NCBI GenBank assembly: GCA_964502225.1
Contig: CAZCUC010000004.1
Span: 2,641 to 66,640, forward strand
DNA length: 64,000 nucleotides
Reading direction: 5' to 3'
Origin: an uncultured Pseudomonadales bacterium
Lineage (GTDB): Bacteria > Patescibacteriota > Microgenomatia > UBA1400 > UBA12108
Part shown: piece after piece, positions 47,170 to 58,798 of the stretch
Numbering within the stretch: position 1 is the first letter of the stretch
Layout of the letters: each line of letters begins with the position of its first letter
Translations under genes and position numbers: made by a program
Notes under the pieces: generated by a model
Told to the model about the DNA's origin: nothing
What the model saw: only the letters and a program-made list of their open reading frames with translations
The model's database searches: none

Positions 47170-48062
47170 GTCAGTGGGTGAAAAATGTCGTCGTCTTTGC
47201 GCCGATTATTTTCTCCGGGTTTTTGTTTGTGCCAGGCTATTTTGGTAAAGTTCTTTGGGCTTTTAGCTTGTTTTGTTTGTTGTCCTCGGCGATATATTTA
47301 TTTAATGACTTGATTGACATAAAAAGCGATCGGCTCCATCCGTTTAAAAAAAATAGACCAATCGCTAGTGGGAAACTCGCGGTAGAGTATGCGATCTTTT
47401 TGTTTTTACTACTTTCTGGCCTATCGCTATGGCTAGGCTTGATGACTTCGACTTTCTTTTTTGTGAGTATGGGAGTTTATTTTGTAATGAATATTCTTTA
47501 CTCCCTGTGGTTAAAACAAATTCCCATCCTTGATGTGTTTGTAATTGCGGCGGGATTTATCTTGAGAATCTATGCGGGATCTTTTGTGATCAATGTCCAC
47601 ATGGATGTGTGGTTTTTGCTCACTGTAGTTTCGGCGTCGCTATTCCTGGCTGTCGGGAAGAGAAGAAGTGAAATGACACTCCTTAGTGGTTCGGGGATTG
47701 AAGCGAAGAATTTGCGCGGTACTTTGATCCATTACACGCCGTCACTGCTAGATGCTTATACGTCGATGTTTGCGAATACTACGTGGTTGACCTACGCCCT
47801 GTTTTCTTTTTTACATCCTCCCTTCACTGCCGAGGGGAAAGTACTGAAGTTGTTTGCACTCCTCCCCAGGACTTTGCTCGTAGACAAGTGGCTAATGGCC
47901 ACGGTCCCGGTCGTGATTTTTGGAGTGATGAGATATATGCAGTTAATTTATGAAAAGAATGAAGGTGAGTCTCCACACAAAGTGATTATGTCGGATAAAC
48001 CACTATTGTTGGTCGTAGGACTGTGGGGAATGATGGTGATTACGATTTTATACTTCGTATAA
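47130..48062 (+). CDS. UbiA-family decaprenyl-phosphate phosphoribosyltransferase-like protein
   Basis: QWVKN, YLFNDLID...DRLHP.KKNRPIASG, LFLAVGKRRSE; GTG start. Confidence 0.88.
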   Translation: MDKLVLVFKSIRVGQWVKNVVVFAPIIFSGFLFVPGYFGKVLWAFSLFCLLSSAIYLFNDLIDIKSDRLHPFKKNRPIASGKLAVEYAIFLFLLLSGLSLWLGLMTSTFFFVSMGVYFVMNILYSLWLKQIPILDVFVIAAGFILRIYAGSFVINVHMDVWFLLTVVSASLFLAVGKRRSEMTLLSGSGIEAKNLRGTLIHYTPSLLDAYTSMFANTTWLTYALFSFLHPPFTAEGKVLKLFALLPRTLLVDKWLMATVPVVIFGVMRYMQLIYEKNEGESPHKVIMSDKPLLLVVGLWGMMVITILYFV

Positions 48063-48071
48063 CTTAATAAT

Positions 48072-48968
48072 TTACTTTACTACTGTAGTATATTTGGCTG
48101 AAACCCAACCAATCGAGTTTTCAAACTGCACTTTGTGCCAACCTAGATCAGTAGTTTCTCCTAGATATGGCAAAGTCTCGCCAGTATTGGCTTTGCCTAA
48201 CTCCTCTGATGATCCTGAAGCCTCTTTGCGTACCCTGAGCCAAGTAGTTCCCGTCTCACCAATTAGCACATACGGTTTTGGCATCGTAGTCCCGCTAGAT
48301 GGCTTGGGAGTGCTAGATGAAAGTGTTGAAACTGAAGGGGTGGGAGTGACATCTGGACTCAGGGATTGGGTAGCAGAGGGGGTGGCGGGAGCTGGTGGGG
48401 TAAGGGTGATGGTTTGGCTCGCGAGTTTAAAATTGACAATCAAGTTGTACCCTTTGACAGTGTTGAGAGAGAGATTTTGTTCTAAATAACCGGGAGAGGT
48501 GGCCAAGATATTGTGAGCACCGGGTGAAGTGGCGATTTTAGAGAGCGGAGTAAAGCCACTTGGCTTGTCGTCGATCGTGACATTGATCGTGTCGGGCTCA
48601 GAGATGACTGAGAGATAAGTCTCGCCAGAGGGATCCTCTTGGAGCTGGAGAGTATAGCCAGATGAATCAAGGTCTGAGGAGGCGAAGGTGCGATTGACAA
48701 CTGTTGAGACCTTGGAGGTCAAGAGAATCTTGGTTTCGTAGGGCACGAGATTGTCACTGCCACTGGGGACTAGGCGAAGAGTATATTCACCTGGTTTGAG
48801 ATTTTTGTCGGAATAGGGAGTTTCGCCTTTGTTGTCGCCATTTAAGTAGACTGTTGAGGTGGGGGTTGAAGTAATATCTAGCCCGGCCGGTGGTTTGACA
48901 AAGAGATCTTTGGGAGTGCAACCGCCTAGCACCAGTGAAGCGCCTAGAATCAGGAAAAGTTTTTTCAT
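48072..48968 (-). CDS. Lipoprotein with two PEGA domains and a C-terminal SH3b domain
   Basis: LGGC lipobox from ATG 48968; VYLNG..KGETP and IDD..SGFTP; LRVR...GW.KV...GWVS. Confidence 0.87.
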   Translation of the reverse strand: MKKLFLILGASLVLGGCTPKDLFVKPPAGLDITSTPTSTVYLNGDNKGETPYSDKNLKPGEYTLRLVPSGSDNLVPYETKILLTSKVSTVVNRTFASSDLDSSGYTLQLQEDPSGETYLSVISEPDTINVTIDDKPSGFTPLSKIATSPGAHNILATSPGYLEQNLSLNTVKGYNLIVNFKLASQTITLTPPAPATPSATQSLSPDVTPTPSVSTLSSSTPKPSSGTTMPKPYVLIGETGTTWLRVRKEASGSSEELGKANTGETLPYLGETTDLGWHKVQFENSIGWVSAKYTTVVK

Positions 48969-49080
48969 ACGGTTATATGGTAACACCCCCTTTAACCTTT
49001 GGCTACCAACCCAAATCTTGAGTTTAATCAGGATTGAGGACGGGTATTGACAAAAATATCCCCTCTTTTTATACTGCATA

Positions 49081-49107
49081 TTAGCACTCGACAAGCTAGA
49101 GTGATAA
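49081..49107. promoter_or_regulatory. CIRCE upstream of hsp20
   Basis: TTAGCACTC-N9-GAGTGATAA just downstream of a TTGACA...TATACT promoter. Confidence 0.9.
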
Positions 49108-49152
49108 CCTCAGCAATATTATAAGTTAGACGAGTGCGAGAGGAGATAATAT

Positions 49153-49557
49153 ATGACTATCATAAGATGGGATCCGATGAGTTCGATGCTCCGCTGGCCT
49201 AATATCTGGGAAGATGAGGACTTTGGGGTAGCGGCAGTTGGATCTGATAACCTGGATGTCTATGAGACCAAAGACGAAGTGGTCGTGAAGGCCAACGTGG
49301 CAGGAGTCGACCCGGATAAGGTTGAGATTACCTTTGAGAAAGGTGTGCTGACCTTGACTGCTCGCGAGGAAGTCGAGCAAAAAGAAGGGACAAAGTACTA
49401 CAAAAAAGCAACCAGATCTTACTCGTACCGCGTGGCGGTACCGGGGAACATTGACCTAGGTTCTGAGCCAGAAGCAAAAGTAACTCACGGAATTGTGTCA
49501 GTGACTTTTAAAAAGGCCGAGGAAGCAAAGCCAAAGAAAATTTCTATTAAAAAATAG
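49153..49557 (+). CDS. Small heat shock protein (Hsp20/alpha-crystallin)
   Basis: LDVYET...VVKANVAGV...GVLTL...GIVSVTF.K...PKKISIK; AGGAG SD. Confidence 0.93.
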   Translation: MTIIRWDPMSSMLRWPNIWEDEDFGVAAVGSDNLDVYETKDEVVVKANVAGVDPDKVEITFEKGVLTLTAREEVEQKEGTKYYKKATRSYSYRVAVPGNIDLGSEPEAKVTHGIVSVTFKKAEEAKPKKISIKK

Positions 49558-49576
49558 AAATTTTAGATACCTAGTT

Positions 49577-49603
49577 AGAGCCCCCTGCTAGACAGGGGGC
49601 TCT
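49577..49603 (+). terminator. Terminator hairpin after hsp20
   Basis: AGAGCCCCCTG-CTAGA-CAGGGGGCTCT. Confidence 0.75.
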
Positions 49604-49623
49604 GTTATAATCGGGTAGTGATT

Positions 49624-49698
49624 GGCGCAATGGCGAAGTGGTAACGCTGGAGTCTGCAAAACTCCCATGCGAGGGTCCGATTCCCTCTTGCGCCTCCA
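49624..49698 (+). tRNA. tRNA-Cys (GCA) with encoded CCA
   Basis: Acceptor GGCGCAA/TTGCGCC, discriminator T then CCA; anticodon arm GGAGT-CTGCAAA-ACTCC; T arm GAGGG-TCCGATT-CCCTC. Confidence 0.96.
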
Positions 49699-49731
49699 TA
49701 CTTTGATCTTGTTGAAATTGTGCAATTAATG

Positions 49732-50805
49732 CTAGTTGTTGGCGATATCTCGCACAGTTTCGATGAGGCGATTGGAATAGCCCCATTCGTTGTCGTACCA
49801 TGCGAATACTTTGACTAGATCACCCCCGATGACTTGGGTGAGTTCGAGATCGACAATGGCAGATTCTCGCCGACCGATAATGTCAGATGAAACCAAGGGT
49901 TCGTCTGTGACAGCCAAAATACCACTGAGCTTGTCAGTCAAGATAGCCTGGCGGAAGAAATTGTTGACTTCTGCAACAGTTGTGGGACGCTTGACGATAA
50001 AAGTGAAGTCAGTGATCGAACCAGTGATGGTAGGAACTCTCAGGGCAATGCCGTCAAATAACCCCTTGAGCTCTGGAATAGCCTCGGTGGCGGCGATCGC
50101 GGCGCCGGTAGAGGTGGGGACGATGTTTTGGGCGGCGGCTCTAGCGCGCCTCAAGTCTTTGTGAGAAGCATCCTGGAGGTTTTGGTCATCGGTATAGCTA
50201 TGGATGGTAGTCATGGCGGCCTTGGCAATGCCTAAGCGCTCCTGGATCACAGAGGCTACAGGGGCTACACAGTTGGTGGTACAAGACGCGTTGTTCAGGA
50301 CTGCGATGGTGTTTTTGTGGTCACTGGCCACGATTTGGTCTTCGTTGACGCCAATGACACTGGTTGGAATCTCCCCTCCTTTAGCTGGTGCAGAGATAAT
50401 GACCTGCTTGGCTCCACCGGCAAGGTGCAGTCTGGCACCACTTTCGCTGGTAAATGCACCCGTAGATTCTATTACTACCTCGATATTGTGTTTGCCCCAA
50501 GGGATCTTGGCTGGATCACGCTGAGCGAAAACGGGGATACGGTACGAAGTATTGAGGATAAGGTATCCGAGCAAGGGGTCAGAATCTGTAACCTCTTTGG
50601 CTGATTGGTATTTCTCATAGGATATATCGCCTGGGAAAAGACCATAAGTGGTGTCGTACTTGAGGAGATGTGCCCATCCCTCGATATCCATGGAGCCAGA
50701 AGTATTAATGGCGCCAAGCTGGAGTGAGTCGCGGTGATATTGCCACCAGACACGCAGAGATAAGCGTCCGATACGACCGAAACCATTGATGGAGAAATTC
50801 TTCAT
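49732..50805 (-). CDS. gap: Glyceraldehyde-3-phosphate dehydrogenase, type I
   Basis: INGFGRIGR, NASCTTNC, WYDNEWGYS. Confidence 0.97.
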   Translation of the reverse strand: MKNFSINGFGRIGRLSLRVWWQYHRDSLQLGAINTSGSMDIEGWAHLLKYDTTYGLFPGDISYEKYQSAKEVTDSDPLLGYLILNTSYRIPVFAQRDPAKIPWGKHNIEVVIESTGAFTSESGARLHLAGGAKQVIISAPAKGGEIPTSVIGVNEDQIVASDHKNTIAVLNNASCTTNCVAPVASVIQERLGIAKAAMTTIHSYTDDQNLQDASHKDLRRARAAAQNIVPTSTGAAIAATEAIPELKGLFDGIALRVPTITGSITDFTFIVKRPTTVAEVNNFFRQAILTDKLSGILAVTDEPLVSSDIIGRRESAIVDLELTQVIGGDLVKVFAWYDNEWGYSNRLIETVRDIANN

Positions 50806-50986
50806 ACTTTCAGTATAGCCGTAAATCAGTAAATCAGTAAATCGGTTTAGTTTGATATACTTTGATATATATGACAGATTTACTCTGGATTTTACCTTTT
50901 CTAGCCTGGATTATTGACCTATAAGTATTGACTTTTAGGGAAAGTTTGGTAGGATCACACGCTTCAGGGCTAACTTAACCCTAAAT

Positions 50987-51541
50987 ATGAGAAAAACCTG
51001 GCATAAAGCCGCAATTTTTGATAAACAGACTTTTTCGCGTGTGTTTGGGATGCAGATGGCTGGCATGGCTATGGCCCTGTCGATTGTGACCTATCCGACA
51101 CATGCGTTTGACTATAACCTCACAACTGAAGGACAGAGAGAATCTCAGGATCTAGTGGTCACTACTTCTACCCAGTACCAGTTCCCGGTCAGCCAAACTC
51201 TGGGTATGTCTCAGGGATATCATGCCTTGCATGCTGGGATTGATTTGCGTGCACCACGTGGAACAGCTATTTTGGCCATGGACGGTGGAGTAGTGATCGA
51301 GGTCGAGAAAATGTTGGTTGGATATGGCCATTTTGTACGTATTGCTCACCAGGGTACTCTATCTACCCTTTATGCCCATCTAGATCAAGTAAGCGTAAAA
51401 CCTGGCGAGAAAGTGGAGAGAGGACAACAGATCGGCACAGTGGGGATGACTGGCTGGTCGACTGGGCCACATCTACACTTTGAGGTCTATGACGGGAACA
51501 AAGCGGTGAATCCAATGGGATATATCGGGAACAAGAATTAA
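50987..51541 (+). CDS. M23-family metallopeptidase
   Basis: HAGID, YAHL, STGPHLHFE; N-terminal hydrophobic segment. Confidence 0.92.
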   Translation: MRKTWHKAAIFDKQTFSRVFGMQMAGMAMALSIVTYPTHAFDYNLTTEGQRESQDLVVTTSTQYQFPVSQTLGMSQGYHALHAGIDLRAPRGTAILAMDGGVVIEVEKMLVGYGHFVRIAHQGTLSTLYAHLDQVSVKPGEKVERGQQIGTVGMTGWSTGPHLHFEVYDGNKAVNPMGYIGNKN

Positions 51542-51563
51542 GATTCTAGATTTATGATTTAAG

Positions 51564-52280
51564 CTATTTTACGAGGGTGCCAATCTTCTCTCCCATCACT
51601 GCCCGCTTAGCGTTGCCTTTTTCGAAGAAGTTAAAGACCATAATCGGGAGCTTGTTGTCCATACAGAGGGCAAAGGCAGAAGTATCCATAACCTCTAACC
51701 TGTCCTTGAGCGCGTCCATGTAGCCGAGTTCGGCATATTTCTTGGCATCTGGATATTTGTTGGGATCACGATCATAGATGCCATCGACCTTGGTGGCTTT
51801 CATGATCACATCACAGCCTAGCTCTAGCCCGCGCAAGGCGGCGCCAGTGTCGGTCGTAAAGTAGGGAGCACCAGTACCAGCGGCGAGGATCAGCACCCTC
51901 CCCTTGTCCATGTGGCGGATAGCCCGGCGGCGGATATAGGGCTCTGCCACAGCTGGCATTTCGAGACCTGACTGGACGCGGGTATCTACCCCTATCTTCT
52001 CGAGTGCATCTTGGATGGCTAAACTATTCATGACAGTCGCCAGCATGCCCATGTAGTCGGCGGTAGAGCGCTCGATGCCGTTGGCGGCCCCAGCGATGCC
52101 CCGGAAGATGTTGCCTGCGCCAATGACTACAATGACTTGAGTACCGGTTTCGTGAACAGATTTGATCTCTTGTGCGACCTCTTTGGCCGCCTGGGGATCG
52201 ATGCCGTATTCGCGGTCACCAAGGAGCGATTCTCCCCCGAGCTTGAGTAGGACACGCTTGAAATGTGGGGTAGTTGCCAT
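51564..52280 (-). CDS. pyrH: Uridylate kinase
   Basis: [38 protein letters not shown]. Confidence 0.97.
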   Translation of the reverse strand: MATTPHFKRVLLKLGGESLLGDREYGIDPQAAKEVAQEIKSVHETGTQVIVVIGAGNIFRGIAGAANGIERSTADYMGMLATVMNSLAIQDALEKIGVDTRVQSGLEMPAVAEPYIRRRAIRHMDKGRVLILAAGTGAPYFTTDTGAALRGLELGCDVIMKATKVDGIYDRDPNKYPDAKKYAELGYMDALKDRLEVMDTSAFALCMDNKLPIMVFNFFEKGNAKRAVMGEKIGTLVK

Positions 52281-52343
52281 ATGTTTTATGATAACACAGT
52301 GAAGCCTGCATGAATGAAGTGATCATCGAAAGAGGTGATTATT

Positions 52344-55244
52344 TTACTCACAATCAGTATTGTCCCAGGTATATTTTTGATTAAAACTATAAACAACATC
52401 ACCTCCACCCTCGAAGGCAACTGGGCAATCGCCTCTTTTGGCAATATCAGGGTCGCCACTTGAACCCCATTCTGTAGGGGTACTTGCGGTAATATTTCTG
52501 GGCTTTTGATCATAAACAATTGAACTTGCGATGCTCTCTAGGGTAATTCCTTCCTTTTCTAGTTGTGATAGATATTGATTCCAGGTCTTTAAGTCGTCTT
52601 CTGGTGTTCCTTTTATCTGTAAATTGTTGTACCTTTTCCCGGCAGACTCCATATATGCTCCGGTAAAATTGAGTACTCCTGCTTTACAATCGGCTTGGGA
52701 GGTACAATAAGGTCCCCTACCTTCAAGACCACTTCCCCACAATTGATTGGCAGAGGCCTCGGAAATAGCCTGAAGGAGTGCCACATCTCCACCAGATTCT
52801 GCAACCAACATCATGGCAGTAAACTCGGCCGGGGTAAGATCACTGTCTTCGTTCCACCAGCCATCATTATCCCTGTACCAGCTGTATAACTCATACATTC
52901 TGGAACCGTCACAGTAAGTGTTGCCACGGCGGATACAATTGCCAGAACCTTTACTACTGAGTCCATTTGGAGGAGTATAAACAGCCCCGGGTACGTTAAC
53001 CGCCGGTTGGCCGGCGGGATTGGAGACGACTGGGTTAGACACAAGTGGGCCGGTATCTAGAGCTGTAGTACCAGTTTGGGCTACCTGTGGAACGGCAGGG
53101 TCAGAGGTCGTGTTGAGAGGTGTCAGGCTAGAGGTTTCTTGAGCGGGAGAGGATTGGAAAGGATTGTTCTCACATGTATCACTACCAAATGAAAATGGAC
53201 TGTCCAAGAGACTATTGTCTGCACAGTAGTTACTCGCACAGTCACTATCTTTACTACAAATATATGTATTTTTTCTTTTTAAAACCTTTCCATTGGTTGG
53301 GTTTAAAATATTATCAGTAAAAGTACTTTTCGCCATACATGTCCAGGCCCTCGTCTCAGTAGTTGGATTGCGGATATATCTACAGTCGCCACTTATGCAA
53401 GAGTCGTCGGATCCCTTGCCTGCACAGCTAGCGCCAGATTCGAGGGATCCATCTTTGGGTTTGGCGTTTACTGGGCTGTCTGGATCATAAACACACTCCC
53501 CTCCATTTCTACCCTCACCGCACATATATCCCGGATTACAGTTGCATGTGGATAATCCTGTACTCTGTGTGTCGATGGCTTCTGGAGGGAAACAGTCGTA
53601 TGTATTCTTTGGATGAGTAGCATCTTTATAGTGGATTTTGGAAATAGACCCCTTTGGACAATGGTCGCCCATAGGAATGTTTATTGGATTCGAATTACTC
53701 CATGGCTGATCCGGATTCTCAAGTTTGTCCTTTTCTTCCTCACTGAGGTTTTGTATCTCTGAGGTTGGAGTGGTACCGGCGGGGGCGACAGCTGAATTTT
53801 CACCAGGGTAAGTAACATTGTCAATGAGTGGTGGTTTGGTATTGGGGTTGCCTGTTGAGTAGTTACATTTACCACCTACTGCGTCATATATACATTTACT
53901 CTCTTCGCCAGGTTTGACGGATTCGCCACCCGTATATATACCATTAGGGTGTACTTTTTCGCCAACCCCTTTCGTCGCACACCCATAGTCTTTAATGTAC
54001 TCTCCACCTCCACTACAGAAATTATAGGATTGAATACCACGAGTGGTAGTGGCTTTGGTATCACAGGTGACGTAAGTCGTCTTATCTCCCAGTTTCTGCA
54101 AACCATCTTTACAGGCGGCTAGAAGAGCTGCTTGCTGTGTTGTTGTAAGGGTGGCGTTTGGCTTACATGATCCATCCGAACCATAAACATACCCTGGGTG
54201 TTGTGTATGACATTCTTTTTCCGATATGGTAAGCGGTTTGAGAAGTTTTAGAGTACATTTCTTATTGGATTCATCGTAAACGTAACCAGATGTGTTGCAA
54301 GATTTTTTAGCAGCTTTTTCCTCATCAGAGAGAGTAGTCCCACTATCCCCATTGCCACCGGGTGGGGTGTTTTTGGCTAACAGTTCTTGACTCAAACTTT
54401 TTACGGTGGCAGTGTCGTAGATGCCGAGAGAATTGAGATAAGCCTTTACACTTTCCTCTGATCCGTTTCCGACATACTTATCTAAGGATTTTTTTGCCGA
54501 CTCTAGAGTTTTTGCATATTCACGCTGAGTGTCGGGAAGATTAATCACATAGAGCTTGTATCCGTCTTTGTCATTCCCCCAGCAGTAGTAACCAGCGACG
54601 CTATTCCCACATTTTTCGTCACCTTTCCAAGAAAAGTCGTATGGGCAACCAAATTTGCCTGAGTTTACCCCAGGGCAGTTACTGTTACCAGAGTCTCCTG
54701 ACTTGTCGTCGGATTTTGGAGTGCTTGGTGAATCTGAAACGTATGATTTTATGCCAGTCTCGGTTAAAGTAAGATCTCCATTATCATCAGTCTTAATAAG
54801 AGGTTCGAAAGGCACGTTGTTGCCCAAATCCCCTCTTTTAGGATCCGTGAGGGTTTCAATAGCTGCTTGTTTAGCTTTGTCATAGTCAGTGGTGGCGTTA
54901 GTAGTCTCAGATTTTTTTGCAAGCTCGACTGCTTTAGTGTATGCAGTGCCAGCTATTAATAAATCAGCTGTAGTTTTGATTTTTTGTTTTTCGGTTTTAG
55001 CTTTATCGGCTTTGTCCGCCGCTTTATTAAGTTCTTCTGCGGCTTTGCGCTCCAAGTCTGTGCCTGCCGTGCTACTGTCTACTTCGGTTATCTTATTTAT
55101 GTTTGGAGAGGCAACAAAGTTATTAAGAATTAGTTTGGAATTGACTAGAAGAAGGAATAGCGTAACCAAGCCTAGTAAGATCCCAATATGCTTCCATGTA
55201 GAGAGTTTGGACTTGCTAAGTTTTAATTTTTTTAGTTTTTTCAT
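52344..55244 (-). CDS. Large membrane-anchored Cys-rich surface protein (966 aa)
   Basis: Basic N terminus plus TM, coiled coil, dozens of Cys in small modules, P/T linker, C-terminal globular domain. Confidence 0.85.
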   Translation of the reverse strand: MKKLKKLKLSKSKLSTWKHIGILLGLVTLFLLLVNSKLILNNFVASPNINKITEVDSSTAGTDLERKAAEELNKAADKADKAKTEKQKIKTTADLLIAGTAYTKAVELAKKSETTNATTDYDKAKQAAIETLTDPKRGDLGNNVPFEPLIKTDDNGDLTLTETGIKSYVSDSPSTPKSDDKSGDSGNSNCPGVNSGKFGCPYDFSWKGDEKCGNSVAGYYCWGNDKDGYKLYVINLPDTQREYAKTLESAKKSLDKYVGNGSEESVKAYLNSLGIYDTATVKSLSQELLAKNTPPGGNGDSGTTLSDEEKAAKKSCNTSGYVYDESNKKCTLKLLKPLTISEKECHTQHPGYVYGSDGSCKPNATLTTTQQAALLAACKDGLQKLGDKTTYVTCDTKATTTRGIQSYNFCSGGGEYIKDYGCATKGVGEKVHPNGIYTGGESVKPGEESKCIYDAVGGKCNYSTGNPNTKPPLIDNVTYPGENSAVAPAGTTPTSEIQNLSEEEKDKLENPDQPWSNSNPINIPMGDHCPKGSISKIHYKDATHPKNTYDCFPPEAIDTQSTGLSTCNCNPGYMCGEGRNGGECVYDPDSPVNAKPKDGSLESGASCAGKGSDDSCISGDCRYIRNPTTETRAWTCMAKSTFTDNILNPTNGKVLKRKNTYICSKDSDCASNYCADNSLLDSPFSFGSDTCENNPFQSSPAQETSSLTPLNTTSDPAVPQVAQTGTTALDTGPLVSNPVVSNPAGQPAVNVPGAVYTPPNGLSSKGSGNCIRRGNTYCDGSRMYELYSWYRDNDGWWNEDSDLTPAEFTAMMLVAESGGDVALLQAISEASANQLWGSGLEGRGPYCTSQADCKAGVLNFTGAYMESAGKRYNNLQIKGTPEDDLKTWNQYLSQLEKEGITLESIASSIVYDQKPRNITASTPTEWGSSGDPDIAKRGDCPVAFEGGGDVVYSFNQKYTWDNTDCE

Positions 55245-55247
55245 AGG

Positions 55248-55598
55248 TTACTCAGACACGATAATTTTTTGAACGACCATAGACAAAGGATTGGGATTTA
55301 ACACACCAGTTATGGTAACAGGTAAACCATCTAGTTGATCAACGCCCTTGACATCAAGGGAAACAGTGCGGCGGTCAGGGAGGACTAAGACAAAATTGCC
55401 AGCCAAATCTTTATGTAAACCACCAGATATAGTGGTATTGCCATATGTAAGTGGCGCTGGGGTGATGGCCATAATGTTGATTGGAGTCGGGGAGAAGTAT
55501 GTTTTATATAGTCCGAAGCAGATTGCGACGAGAAGAGAGAAGACTAGAACCAGATAGATAGGCTTGCGAGAAACACGACGATTACGTTGTTTGGACAT
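55248..55598 (-). CDS. Small single-TM protein with a beta-rich (OB-like) domain
   Basis: ATG 55598, TM helix, alternating beta strands; stops 3 nt before the 966-aa gene. Confidence 0.65.
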   Translation of the reverse strand: MSKQRNRRVSRKPIYLVLVFSLLVAICFGLYKTYFSPTPINIMAITPAPLTYGNTTISGGLHKDLAGNFVLVLPDRRTVSLDVKGVDQLDGLPVTITGVLNPNPLSMVVQKIIVSE

Positions 55599-55616
55599 GA
55601 ATCTAATGTGACACAA

Positions 55617-55642
55617 AAAAGCCCCTTGTGCAAGGGGCTTTT
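55617..55642. terminator. Intrinsic terminator after groEL
   Basis: AAAAGCCCCTTG-TG-CAAGGGGCTTTT. Confidence 0.88.
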
Positions 55643-55664
55643 AAGCTTTTGTTTATAAACCAGA

Positions 55665-57606
<1,942 letters not shown>

Positions 57607-57631
57607 AGCTCCTCCTTGTAAAATAATAATT

Positions 57632-57658
57632 TTAGCAGTTAAACGATTCGAGTGCTAT
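57632..57658. promoter_or_regulatory. CIRCE upstream of groES
   Basis: TTAGCAGTT-N9-GAGTGCTAT downstream of a minus-strand TTGACA promoter. Confidence 0.8.
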
Positions 57659-57729
57659 ATTAGCTTAGTCGGAGGAAGATTGTCAATGGTTAGACAAGCT
57701 CACCAATGATTGGTATACAATAGCAAAGT

Positions 57730-58743
57730 ATGAATGGAACAATGCTGGCCGTAGTAAAGGAAAAACCAGAGCCTGGGGTAGCTGTAAAGCAAGTGCCAAT
57801 ACCGAGTCCTGAAGAGGGTGAGCTGTTGATCAAAGTGAAGGCGGCCTCGATTTGCGGTACTGATATAGGAATTTATGATTGGACGCCATGGGCTGAATCC
57901 CATATTAAACCCCCAATTGTGATTGGTCATGAAGTGCTGGGCGAAGTGGTTGAGATAAACGGCGAGAGCGAAACCGTTAAGGTGGGAGATTTGGTCTCCT
58001 CTGAAACCCATATCTTCTGCGGCAAGTGTTTCCAGTGCCAGAACAACAGGCGTCACATTTGCGAGAATATGCAGTTGTTTGGGATCGGTAGGAATGGTGG
58101 GTTTGCCGAGTATGCAACCGTGCCAATCCGTACTAGCTGGAAAAACGATCCTGAGATAAAGCAAGATTGGATGTCGGTACAGGAACCATTTGGAAATGCG
58201 GTGCACGCGGTGACAAAGGCAAGTGTGGTAGGCAAGAAAGTGGTAATTTTTGGGTTAGGCCCAACTGGACTCGCCGCCTCGGCAGTAGCAAAGGCCAAAG
58301 ATGCCAGCGAGGTAATAGGGATCGACCCAGTCGAGTATCGTCGCAAGTTGGGAATGGCGATGGGATGCGACAAAGTTTTTGAGGCACTACCTGCAGAGTA
58401 CGACAACACGTGTGATGTGGTGATTGATATGTCTGGATTCCCCCCTGCGATTGCGAGAGCGTTTGACGCCGTCAGAATTGGTGGAGTACTCATGGCCTTT
58501 GGGATCCCCAAGACGCCTATTGCTATCGATTGGGGTAAATATATGATCAACAAAGAACTGACTATTTTGTCTGTTTTTGGACGACACATCTGGGAAACTT
58601 GGGAGGAAACGACAAAATTGCTCAAATCAGGAAAAATCGACTTGGATCCGATTATCACCCATCGTTTCCCGCTCTCGCAGTTTGAAGAAGCCATGGCAGT
58701 GATGAAGTCGGGACAATCGGGCAAGATTGTACTCACGCCGTGA
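57730..58743 (+). CDS. tdh: L-threonine 3-dehydrogenase
   Basis: ICGTD, GHE, SETHIFCGKCFQC...HIC, EPFGNAVH, SGKIVL; adjacent to kbl. Confidence 0.92.
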   Translation: MNGTMLAVVKEKPEPGVAVKQVPIPSPEEGELLIKVKAASICGTDIGIYDWTPWAESHIKPPIVIGHEVLGEVVEINGESETVKVGDLVSSETHIFCGKCFQCQNNRRHICENMQLFGIGRNGGFAEYATVPIRTSWKNDPEIKQDWMSVQEPFGNAVHAVTKASVVGKKVVIFGLGPTGLAASAVAKAKDASEVIGIDPVEYRRKLGMAMGCDKVFEALPAEYDNTCDVVIDMSGFPPAIARAFDAVRIGGVLMAFGIPKTPIAIDWGKYMINKELTILSVFGRHIWETWEETTKLLKSGKIDLDPIITHRFPLSQFEEAMAVMKSGQSGKIVLTP

Positions 58744-58798
58744 GGGAGGCTAGATACAAGGAGATAGATATTAGATGCTAGTATGGGAGAACAAAAAT

